Assembly: GCA_964016885.1 (NCBI GenBank)
Contig: OZ024742.1
Span: 250,852,001 to 250,916,000 of the forward strand
Reading direction: 5' to 3'
DNA: 64,000 bases
DNA from: Eledone cirrhosa
Lineage: Eukaryota
A model generated the notes under the pieces. It did no database searches. It was not told the origin of the DNA and saw only the letters and a list, made by a program, of their open reading frames with translations. Positions 38,463-49,529 of the stretch are shown here, one piece after another (positions within the stretch are counted from its first letter, which is position 1; the number at the start of each line of letters is the position of its first letter). The translations under genes were made by a program, and so were the position numbers.

Positions 38463-38799
38463 TGTGTGGGTGGCATCCTAATGCAAATAACCAATAATAG
38501 TCAATCACTGTAAATGATAGTTGAGAAAATTGGGTAAAGTACTCCTGGAGACAGAAAAAGAAAATGGACAGTGGTGCCTGCGGGGAATCTTTACCAGATT
38601 TTCACAACTATTATTTATAGTGATTGACATTTATTATGTTCACTTGTGTTGGGATGCACACATTTCAAATTTTCACCATGCTTCTTAAGTCACTGTTTTG
38701 TTTATATAATATGCATAGGTTAGTTGGATTGTCATATACTGAGGCTAGACTGATCAAGTGACCACACCTTGTTTGTACACTTGTTTTTTGGCTTGGTTC

Positions 38800-39200
38800 T
38801 TACAGCTAGTGATCTTTTCTAATGCCAACCACTTTCCAACATATAATGGGTGCATTTTATGAATCTGGCATTATCACCTTTCAGAGTGGACTGGGTACCT
38901 TTTGTCATGGCACCAGCAGTACCACTTTACAGTGCCGACTAGGTGCTTTTTGTCGTGGCACCACCTTACAAGATGAACTAGGTACTTTAAGTCATGGTAC
39001 AAACACTTTACAGGGTAGACTGGCTGTTTTTTGTTGTTTCACCAACACTATCAATTTACAATGCAGACTAGGTGCTTTTGACATGACACCTAAATTATGC
39101 CTTTACAAATTGGGCTGGGTTCATTTTATCATGACAACTACATTACCATTTTACAGGGTGGACTGGATGCATTTTATTGAGGCACCAATACCTCATCATT
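38800..39200 (-). repeat. Expanded array of the ~30-40-bp RTE 3' UTR repeat
   Basis: About 10 units of ccactttacagtgtggactgggtgctttttgtcatggca. Confidence 0.7.
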
Positions 39201-39213
39201 ATAACATTAGGTT

Positions 39214-39408
39214 AGGGCGGGGGATTGGCAGTATCAGTAGAAAGTTGGACGCCATGCTTTGCAGCATAGAGTTACTCCCCTTTATGGTGTGAGTTCAAAT
39301 CCCACCGAGGTTCACTTTACCTTTCATCCTTACGGGGTTGATAAAATAAAGTCCCAGTAATGTACTGGGGTAATTGCTGGCCTTGTGCCACTAGTAGAAA
39401 CAATTATT
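39214..39408 (+). mobile_element. tRNA-derived SINE (family S1)
   Basis: Matches the other S1 copies; flanked by cattataacattagg/attataacattagg, a probable TSD. Confidence 0.85.
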
Positions 39409-39674
39409 ATAACATTAGGTTGCTTACATCATAAGCTAGGCTGTGGAGGCATTGATGGTAGTATGGAGTAAGAAGGATAGCAGGGTTGGTGGCTATATGC
39501 TGCTTGCTGATGTAGAGGAAAGGGACATACCACCTTGAGTGAAGAAGCATCAGGTCATGGGAGTGGTTTTGGTTGGACAGGGAAGGTGAGTTGGAGATAT
39601 GAGTAAAAGGAGGAGGGAGAAGTGAAGTGTATGTGTGTCAATTGCTACTTTTTTTATATATAAATGCTTCTTAC

Positions 39675-39719
39675 CTCTGTTGTAAAACCAGTAGTTGGCA
39701 ATGTTCCTGTTACATACAT
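39675..39719 (-). CDS. 45-bp internal exon of the host gene (phase 0: MYVTGTLPTTGFTTE)
   Basis: tttttttcaattgtag acceptor and GAG|gtaaga donor, both strong; length divisible by 3. Confidence 0.65.
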
Positions 39720-40189
39720 CTACAATTGAAAAAAAATGTTGTTTATTCAACACAAGTTATTAGAGCATTTCTTTTTATATTTGGTACAAAATTTAAATAT
39801 TATTCACATACAAAGAAACAAAAATTCTTGTTTACAATTCTTGGTTACAATTCAAGTCATCTACAATTAAAAGTCACATTGACTTTAGTGTGACTTCAAA
39901 CACGTTTAGAACTTTTCTTGAATGTAATTGACATGTATTACATTGAACTGTAGATAGTTATATCTACATGCACACACAGGCACGCACACACACACACGCA
40001 CGCGCACATGCACACACACACACACACATTCCATCTGGCAGCCAGATGAAATGAACAAGCTGAAAATTCAAAGTTACTGCCACTATTTTATTTAGAAAAT
40101 AAATATCAACATTCTATTGAGTGCTCATTCAAGTTAATTTTGGAATGTTTTAAATACTATGGTATTTCAGACACATCATCTTTATGGAG

Positions 40190-40625
40190 CTGCTATCTTC
40201 CATATACATCACATGTCTATTACCAACTCTTGCACACTACATCCAATTCCTCTTATGTCTAGTTTTTCTCTCAGTTCACTTGTGCTATATCATTCATGAA
40301 CACTAACATTACACATCCATCAGAATTTCTTTCTATTTCTTTCTTTCTAGGTCCATGTTTCATTGCCATGTGGCATTGCAGTTTGCTGCACACAAGCATC
40401 ATACAGTCTGCACTTCACACTGAGAGAGAAGTCCTTTGTTGTCAGCAGAGGTACCAGCTCCCTTAAACTTCTTCCATCTTGTTCTTATCCTAGCTATCAC
40501 ACTTTCAGAGCATCCTTCCTCACTGCTGATTAGGTCACCTATGTGACAAAAGCTGTCAGTAATTTTTAAAGATCCTCCCAGGCAACTGAAGAAATCTATT
40601 TCACATGTGCTAATAGTGTTTATTT
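40190..40625 (-). mobile_element. Degraded RTE LINE 3' ORF fragment
   Basis: DSF.HIGDLISS..GCSESVIARIRT.WKKF. Confidence 0.8.
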
Positions 40626-41129
40626 CTCCCGTGCATCTACCACTTATAAATAAATAAACATGGGCGGAGGTGGTGAGAACAGACCTCAGATCGCTGAAAC
40701 TCACGGAGGAGATGACGAAGGACCGTGATGGGTGGAGAGATGCTGTGCTGAATAGGACCCGTCCAACCCTTGTAAGCAGGGAAAAGCGGACGTAAAATGA
40801 TGATGATGATGATGATGATGATGATAGATAGGATAGATAGATGTTGTTCTTATTGCCCAGAGATAGATCGATACATAGGTTGGTAAATATAGACAGCTGT
40901 TGTTTCCACTGCTGATAATTTTGCTGATTGTGTGATTTAAGGAGAAATTTATCAAATTACTATTTCCCAAACAAATCTACCATATATATATATATAAACA
41001 AAGAGATATTTTATTTGTTGGTTATTCAACAAATTTATTTATAACAGATTCGAAGCACTCTACAGATTTTCCGGAGTATAATATCAATGATATTAATAAA
41101 TGGAAACTATATTTATAAAACCATATTTA

Positions 41130-41186
41130 TTTTATTATATATATTTCAAGGGTACCAAAATTTTGGTATGTTCTCATCAGATAAAA
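41130..41186 (-). ncRNA. Minimal type I hammerhead ribozyme (family A)
   Basis: TTTTAT-CTGATGA-GAACATACCAAAATTTTGGTACCCTT-GAAA-TATATA-TA-ATAAAA. Confidence 0.78.
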
Positions 41187-41900
41187 TACAAAATTTGTTT
41201 TATACATGTGTGGTCGGGGAGTTGCCACGGCAATAAAGCACCCAGCCCACACTGTAAAGTAGACGTGTGGGCGCCACAGAAAAAAAGCACCCAGCACTCG
41301 CTGAAAATGAGGTTGGTGTTAGGAAAGGCATCCAGCTGTAGAAATCAAGCCAAAATCAGTTCCTATATGAGCAAGACAAGGTCAGCCGACGGTACACTGC
41401 CCACAACAGGACAACCTGTCTAACCCATGCTAGCGTGGAAGAACGGACGTAAAACGGTGATGATGATGATGAAATATATATATATATCCAGTGCCCCAGC
41501 ATGGCCTCAGCCGGATGGCTGGAACAGGTAAAGAGTAATATATATACATACACACTCAGACAAATGGCTTGTGAGGGCTGTGCAACCCATGTATAAATGT
41601 ACAACCAGCAAAGTGATGAACTTGAAGTGCAGATAGGGGTCTATTCTTGTTGAATTAATAGTTGATCATTTACAAAGCCACTGGTTTTCATGACGGTGAG
41701 GTCATCTAATTAAACTGATGGTCACCACATGAGCTACTGCTTACTATGAGACAAAATGGCTTGTAAGAGCTGTGCAACCTATGTATAAATGTGTAGTCAG
41801 CAAAGTGATGTGTGTGTGTGTGTATACTTGTGAATGTATATAAAAATGAAGTCGAAGCCAGTAGGTTACAATTTACAGCAATTTTATTGATTACATAATC

Positions 41901-41959
41901 ATTGTTATATGTATTTCGATGATAACTGTTATGTAACCATTACAACTTCATCAGACAGC
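41901..41959 (-). ncRNA. Probable hammerhead ribozyme (separate family, degenerate stems)
   Basis: GCTGT-CTGATGA-AGTTGTAATGGTTACATAACAGTTATCATC-GAAA-TACATA-TA-ACAAT. Confidence 0.5.
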
Positions 41960-42283
41960 TACTACATGATCAGAAATGATTAAAAATTACATGCATAAAA
42001 ATAGGATTAATAAAAATTACTCATGCAGTTTTCCATTCTGTGATATTCCATGGACAGGTTATTGGTGTTGTTTCTCCAAAGCCCTGCTAAAATTTTATTT
42101 TTATTCATTTAACATGATCTACATACATACTCTGTCAAGTGTTCTATCCTGCCTACTCTAGTGTGGGTTGAATAACTAACACAAAATATGCTAAGTTTGT
42201 TTTGTTATTACTGTTTATTTTTACATATATATATAATATATATATATGTATATATATTGGTGAATTAAATATATATATATATA

Positions 42284-43041
42284 GGCAGTGAGACCTGGGC
42301 ATTGTGTGCAGAGGATATACGCAGACTAGAGAGGAACGAAGCTTGCATGCTCTGCTGGATGTGTAACAGTAATATACGTGAACGGCAAAGCATAAACGAA
42401 CTAAGGAAAAAATTAGAGATAAGAGGGATCAGATGTTGTTTACTCGAGAGAAGGCTACGTTGGTATGGTCACGTGATGCGCATGAAAGTCGATAGCTGTA
42501 TCACAAAGTGCAGGGCAATAAAGATAGACGGTAGTCACGAAATAGGCAGACCTAGAAAAACCTGGGATGAGCTGATAAATTCCGACATCACACACTTACA
42601 CCTCTCCAAGACAATGTCACTGGACCGAGACCTTTGGCGGTACTCAGTAACAGAGAAGACCCGCCTTGCCAGTAGGCATCTCTAACAAAATACACCCCGT
42701 CCCGCCACCACCCCCACCCCATCCACACCACCCCGTTCTATGTAAAGTTATGTTGGTGCCGCGCCATCCAGGCCGAAACAAATGAGATCGTGTAGGTGTC
42801 ACGACAAAAAAAACACACAGTCCACGCTGTAATGTGGCCGTGTAGGCAACACGGTAAAAACCTCCCAGACCCACACTGTAAATGTGGTTGGTGTTAGGAA
42901 GGGCATCCAACTGTAGAAAACCCGCCAGACAGTCCTATGCGAGCAAGACAATCACTCTTGCCTCAAGTGGGACTACCCCCGTCCAAACCCATGCAAGCGT
43001 GGAACACGGACGTTAAACGTTGATGATGATGATGATGATGA
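42284..43041 (+). mobile_element. Young 5'-truncated RTE LINE, nearly identical to 29066-29826
   Basis: ORF 42302-42685 matches the C-terminus of the 739-aa ORF; same 3' UTR and (GAT)n tail. Confidence 0.95.
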
Positions 43042-43496
43042 TAGGCCTGGAAAGGTGTGTTGGTTCTCCGAAACTTAACGTTTTTAATCATTCGGAAGAG
43101 GTCTTCTTTGAATGGTTCAAATGTGTAAATGTTTATGCGTATGATTGTATGTATGAGAGTGTGTACACATGTGTATGTATGTGTGTGTATGCATATGTGT
43201 CTGTGTATATATATCCCTGTATATGTACATATGTATGTTTTGGGGGAAATGTATGTGCTTATATATGTATATACACATGTGTGTGTATGTATGCATATAT
43301 ATATATATATCTATCTATCTATCTAAGGCGGGTAAAATTCCCGAGATCCATGGACGAGTTCTCTCCAGCGGTCTCTGTCCCTCATTATCGCTGCCATATC
43401 CTGCATCTCCAACAGACCAGTGTCTGTCCTTAGGGCATCAACATATGTTAACATTGGTCTTCCTCTTCTAGTGTGTCCATGTAGGGGCTCCCAAAG

Positions 43497-44159
43497 GAGT
43501 TAGAAACTCAAAATAGTCTTTTACAATTAAATAGCTCAAGGAAGGGAATCTTTCCGAGCCGTGTAATACAATTGAATATATATGAGAGGGATAAACACTG
43601 ATACAAGTATACATGTGTTTGAATTGCAAATGACCAAGTTAGCTAGGTTGAAAAAATACTAATTTAAAATAATATGGTTTGCCTGTCTCGATTTAAAGTA
43701 ATAAATCAATAAAAATAACAAGCCTATATTGGGCAACTGCCTTTTGATACCCGGACAGATCTAAATCTGTTTCGCAAAAATTATTAAGTGAAAGCCACCA
43801 TTCCTGTGCTCTTCTGCGGGTACCCAAGAAATTTGTACCTTTAACTTCAAAAGATCTAAGAAGACTGAACTATGTTTTGATATAAAAGCACATGTTGCAG
43901 CACCTAGCGTGTCTCATACTCATGCCGCTAAAAATAGCAGCCGGTTTTATGAGACTAAAGTTAGCTCTACGTATGGAGCCGAGAATATCATAGATTGAGT
44001 TAGAAACTCAAAATAGCCTTTTACAATTAAATAGCTCAAGGAAGGGAATCTTTCCAAGCCGTGTAATACAACTGAATATATGAGAGGGATGAACACCGAT
44101 ACACGTATACATGTGTTCCAATTGCAAATGACCAAGTTAGCTAGGTTGAAAAAATACTA

Positions 44160-44164
<5 letters not shown>
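43497..44164 (-). mobile_element. Non-coding HHR element: 500-bp unit plus ~168-bp terminal redundancy
   Basis: 43497-43666 repeated at 43997-44164; HHR at 43747-43823; related sequence at 57885-58099. Confidence 0.72.
43747..43823 (-). ncRNA. Type I hammerhead ribozyme with CAGAAGA (U4A) core
   Basis: GTACCCG-CAGAAGA-GCA..(30 nt)..TGC-GAAA-CAGAT-TTAG-ATCTG-TC-CGGGTAT: 7-bp stem I, 6-bp stem III, GUC site. Confidence 0.8.
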
Positions 44165-44199
<35 letters not shown>

Positions 44200-44695
44200 A
44201 TTTGTATATTTATCTCTATATTTATGCATAAAGATTCCCCTCAACCTACTTAAAGTATTTTCTTCCCATTGTCTTAACCCCACCTCCTACCTCCCCTTCC
44301 CTCCTCTATTCCACTACTCAATATCTGCCCCTAAAAATATGCCCCCACCCCTACCCCTATGAAACTAATAAATACCAAAGACTTACTATGCACAGGCAGA
44401 GTGTATATGATAGAAAAAAATGAGGAAGTTTCGTTTACATATAAAAAATATTTATTGTGTATTGATCTGTTACGGGCGTTTCGCAGAGGATTGGCTTAAA
44501 GTAACCCATAGGAGTTATGGACCTGATTCCAGTATCGATCTGCTCGTCAAACTGGTGATGTAACAAAAATATATATTTTTGTTGTGGTATGTCAGTCATC
44601 GGCCCTATTTGTTTGTGTATGGGCATATGTGTGCATTGAGGTGCGCGTGGGCGTGTTTTTGGATATAGATAGTAGTGATAGAAAGTAATAATAAT

Positions 44696-44872
44696 AATTG
44701 TTTCTACTTTTGGCACAAGGCCAGCAATTACCCCAGTGTATTACTGGTACTTTATTTTATTGACCCCATAAGGATGAAAGGCTAAGTTAACATCGACGGG
44801 ATTTGAACTCAGATCATAAAGGGCTGTAACTCAATGCAGCAAAGCATGGCGTCCGACCCGATAACGATACTG
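44696..44872 (-). mobile_element. tRNA-derived SINE (family S1)
   Basis: Matches the other S1 copies. Confidence 0.85.
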
Positions 44873-45467
44873 AATCTATACTATAATAAAGTAAAGAGTG
44901 CGGGACTGCGTACGGTTTATTTCTTTTAATACAGTTAGTAAAATAAGTTGGATTACTTTGAATAAATAAGGAATGAATATTACATAATTTATCTACTAAA
45001 TTTTGATTAAATTTAATATAAATAATTTTATTGCTTATTTAAAATTGACTTCTTTTCAAAGTTTGAAATTTCTACACTTCCGGTATATTGCCGCCACCAC
45101 TTCAACTACCATATATATAGAAAGAGAGAGTGTGTGATGAGAGAGATACTGATAGAGTGATTATGATTTTCAACACGCTGACGCGTATGTGTATGTGCAC
45201 AGACATACATCTATATGTATGAGTATATAACTATAATCGTGCAAACACAAACTTACAAAAATACATGCTCACGGACATACATTCATAAAATACAAATACT
45301 TTCACACAAACACATACATACACATTTACACAAACACACAATCACACATATACATTTACACAAACACACACATACAGTCATACAGTCATGATAGCGTTCA
45401 GTGAATTGGAAATGGGAGAATAAAATGAAGTACAACTTTTTATTTATCTATTAACAACACAGTTTAA

Positions 45468-45687
45468 CCCTTTGGTGTTCAAACCGGCCAACATCGGCCA
45501 GAATTCTCTACTTCTTTCTGTTGAAACTGGCTGTAACTGGTCGCTCAAACTGATGTTAAGGTATTGTTTTCAAAATAAATACTTTCAAAATCTCATAGAT
45601 TCGATATTATGTGAGATAATTATGCGAGGTAAAGCTTTTACCATAAAAATATAATAGTATATATAAAATAATGTGAATGCTAAAGGG
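45468..45687. mobile_element. piggyBac-type MITE (220 bp)
   Basis: TTAA duplication on both sides; imperfect TIR CCCTTTGGTGTTCA / TGAATGCTAAAGGG. Confidence 0.8.
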
Positions 45688-45699
45688 TTAACTCTTTTT

Positions 45700-46186
45700 T
45701 TTTTTTTAAACTCATTTGTATAGAAATTTAATACAATGGTTACAGAATGAAAACACTAACAAATGTAATACATACAAAGGAAGGGGAAAGGAAAAGAAGA
45801 AAGCGAAAAAAATACACAAGCACATAATACACACATCTTAGACCACATAGAACAAAATACAGGTGAAAGAGTGGAAAAACGAGCCGCTACCTGGGGTGAT
45901 GGCGAGGCTGAGGTGCTGGAACAACCAAGTGCCCTCACGAGCATCACCAGTTACCTCTGTTTGGTGAGCCGTCAGTGTAGATAAGAACCTTGTTGTCAGT
46001 AGCCTGACTACCCCAAACGTCTCTAACACCACAGGCTGGATAATATAGTTAGTTGACAGAACAGGGTATTTTAGGATTTTGTTCCGTTCAGCTGCGGATG
46101 TTGTAGCTCTCGCCCTCACTGCTGCATCCAGGATGTGGGAAGCAAAAGAGTCACTAACTGTGACGTCCCAGGTAAGGCACCTGCCT
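45700..46186 (-). mobile_element. 3' end of a CRE-like non-LTR retrotransposon (restriction-like endonuclease), with probable poly(A) at ~45695-45708
   Basis: CLTWDVTVSDSFA..AAERNKILKY..IQPVVLETFG..TGDAREGTWLFQHLSLAI. Confidence 0.7.
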
Positions 46187-46328
46187 TATTTTATCTAAAG
46201 ACATTTTTTGTTATTTTTATCTAAAGACATATTTTCAATTCACTTGACATTCAACTCACTCAACATTCCAATGTTTATTTACAATATATATGTGTGTGTA
46301 TATATATATATATTTAATATAGAAATGT

Positions 46329-46380
46329 CTTCTACAGGACTAGAACTGTTTCTTTCATTCGGGAGAAATCATCAGAAAGC
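46329..46380 (-). ncRNA. Hammerhead ribozyme (family of 828-878) with duplicated GAAA
   Basis: GCTTT-CTGATGA-TTTCTCCCGAAT-GAAAGAAA-CAG-TTCTAGTC-CTG-TA-GAAG. Confidence 0.65.
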
Positions 46381-46620
46381 TGACTGTCAATGTAATATGG
46401 TGGTATTTATACATTTTCTGGTGGTACGAGAGGGTGGTGATTGGGATGGGTGGAGGTAATTGGTTGATGGATAGTTTTTAAAGAATTTCCTTTCTTTAAA
46501 TCCATCAACCAATTACCTCCTCCCATTTCAATCACCACCCTCTCCTACCATCAGAAAATGTATAAATACCACCATATTACATTGACAGTCAGCTTTCTGA
46601 TGATTTCTCCCGAATGAAAG
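46352..46620. repeat. ~270-bp palindrome of an HHR-bearing terminal repeat
   Basis: Arms read as reverse complements around tttaaagaa-tttcct-ttctttaaa. Confidence 0.9.
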
Positions 46621-46645
46621 ATATAATTTATATCATCTCTATTTA

Positions 46646-46719
46646 TTTCATTATATATATTTCGAAGATGTAAAGTTTTATGTATAATATAAAGCAAAAC
46701 ATGACCTCTTCAGACAAAA
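46646..46719 (-). ncRNA. Minimal type I hammerhead ribozyme (family A-related)
   Basis: TTTTGT-CTGAAGA-GGTCATG..CATCTTC-GAAA-TATATA-TA-ATGAAA. Confidence 0.65.
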
Positions 46720-46829
46720 TACATAAAAAATGTATAATTTTTTCCTGATATGCTGGTGGACAAATGGACTGGACACTTTGGTGACCTCTAGGCATATATA
46801 CGAATGAGTTGATCACAAATCAACAAACT

Positions 46830-47390
46830 CGTTTTTGCTAGCATGGGCTAGACAGGTTGTTCTATTGTAAACAATGTTAGGTCGGGTGACCTTGTCTTGC
46901 TCATATGGGAACTGATTTTGGCTTGATTTCTACAGCTGGGTGCCCTTCCTAACACCATCTCATTTACAATGAGTACTGGGTGCTTTTTTTCCGTGGCACT
47001 TACACAACCACTTTACAGTGTGGGCTGGCTGCTTTTTTGTCATGACACCTCCACGACCACTTTACAGTGGAAGGGGATGAGGGCATATTGTCTATATGCT
47101 TCAGCTTCAGCTTGTTCCCGTGGGAAGTCGGGTCTTTTGTATTACTGAGTGATGTCAGAGGTCATGGTCTTGTGTCATCGCCTTTGAGAGGTGCAATTGG
47201 GCAAGGTCCGCTTTTATCACCTCATGCCAGGTCTTCTTCGGTCTCCCCACTCCATGGCTTCCATCAACTTTTAGTGCTCTGCACCTTTTTATGCAGCTGT
47301 AATCATTTATACACATCACATGTCCATACCAATGCATCCTCCTCTCCTGCACACAGCATTTGATTCCTCTTATGCTCAGTCTCTCTCTCA
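46830..47390 (-). mobile_element. RTE LINE 3' fragment
   Basis: QERRMHWYGHVM..GRPKKTW plus 3' UTR. Confidence 0.88.
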
Positions 47391-47920
47391 GTATATATAT
47401 ATATATAATATTAATACAACTATTATATATATATATATATAATAGTTGTATTAATATTATGGTTATGATAATATTAATTGGAGAAGTTAAATTCTTTTAC
47501 CGATTGATTAAAAGTGCAATGCAGTGGGGGTCATGCAGAGCTGTATATGCCGTACTAAGCATCACTTAAACAAATTTAAACCTTGGAAATACTCAGTTAC
47601 ATGCAACCATTGCTACCTCTGAACCAAGAGCATCCAGCCGTAGTAAACCAGCCAGAAATTCTCATATATGAGCAAGACACAGTCACCCGACCCAACTTGC
47701 CTCTAATTGGGACAAACCCGTTTAACCCATGCTAGCGTGGAAGATAGACGTTAATCAACGATCATGACGATAGCACTTCTCAAAATATATATCTACAGTT
47801 TCATTAATGAGAAACTTCTTTTAATAATCATAATATAATAAAGGGAGGAGTGCAAGACTGAGTCCTGAATATATTTTTTTTATCCCATTAGTAAAATAAG
47901 TTAGATTACTTTGAATAAAT

Positions 47921-48105
47921 AATTGTTTCTACTTTTGGCACAAGGCCACCAATTATCCCAGTGTATTACTGGTACTTTATTTTATCGACCCCAAAAGGAT
48001 GAAAGGCAAAGTTAACCTCGGCGGGATTTAAACTCAGACCATAAAGGGAGGTAATTCTATGCTGCAAAGCATGGCGTCCAACACCCTACCGATACTGCCA
48101 ATCCA
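47921..48105 (-). mobile_element. tRNA-derived SINE (family S1)
   Basis: Matches the other S1 copies. Confidence 0.85.
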
Positions 48106-48803
48106 TGAATATAACATAATCTATGTACTAAATTTCGTAGCTATTGATTAAACATAAATATTCTTATATATAATGATTGCTTATTTTTAGATTCATTCCT
48201 TTTAAAATTTTCAAATGTCTACACTTCCGGTTAGCGTCCGTTATATCAGAACACTAATTACATCGCTAATGTAAACGTTCATATATTAGCATCGTTATAT
48301 AAGGTTTATATTTCGGTCACTAATTTTCTCCTTTTTCATTTTCATTACATTTAACCGTAATGCAGTTTATATATAATATCATCTTTTTTAAATGTATTAT
48401 GGATTACTTTACTGATTACATAAGACAGTGTAACACAGTCTCTCTTCAATTTCTGTGCATATTGTCAGTTACGATTTTATTTGATGTATCATATCTACAT
48501 ATATTCGTGTATAATATCAATATGCACAGTACACATGTTAGCAGAAAGCCACTTGAAGGGTGGTTTTTCTGCTAGAGACTCTAAACATATATATCTTTCA
48601 AAATAATACCTACTGTAACTCCAAATAAGATTCTCTCTAACTCTCACAAACATAGTCATCTCTCCAACATTGATATACTTGAACTGTTTTTGGTTGTTTT
48701 CTTTTTTAAATTGTTTTTTTTTAAATTGTTTTTTTTTAAATTAATTTTTTTTTTTTTAAAGATTCTGCAAACTTCTGTAAATTATTACTAAATAGAATAA
48801 TTA

Positions 48804-48990
48804 ATTGTTTCTACTTTAGGCACAAGGCCAGCAATTATCCCAGTGCGTTACTGGTACTTTATTTTATCGACCCCATAAGGATGAAAGGCAAAGACAACCT
48901 CGGCGGGATTTGAACTCAGATCGTAAAGGGATGTAACTATGCTGGAAAGCATGGCGTCCGACCCTCTACTGATACTGCCAATTCACCGCC
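48804..48990 (-). mobile_element. tRNA-derived SINE (family S1)
   Basis: Matches the other S1 copies. Confidence 0.85.
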
Positions 48991-49215
48991 TTGAATGAAT
49001 AATTAATGAGTGCTTTAATGTAATGAACTGTTACTATATGTGAAATATTAATGAAGCCTTTAATAAACTCTGATAAACCTAATCCTGAATTAACACCTAT
49101 GGGGTAGATTATAATATTATAACCCAAGGGTGGAAATTCTACGCTGGCAGAAACATTTGTCAGTTTGATAATGCTTGAATATTCGGTGTTTATGAATTAA
49201 TATATATATATATAC

Positions 49216-49252
<37 letters not shown>

Positions 49253-49254
49253 CG

Positions 49255-49363
<109 letters not shown>

Positions 49364-49529
49364 ACACACATACATAGATATATATATATATAGTAATAAT
49401 AATAATAATAATAATATACGTCATGATGTGGTAGCTAAGTATATTTTATGTTTATACAATTATTTTATTTGCATAGGTATGTACACCTTATCTGTATGTT
49501 CGTGCAGGTATGTATATTTTACGTATGTA

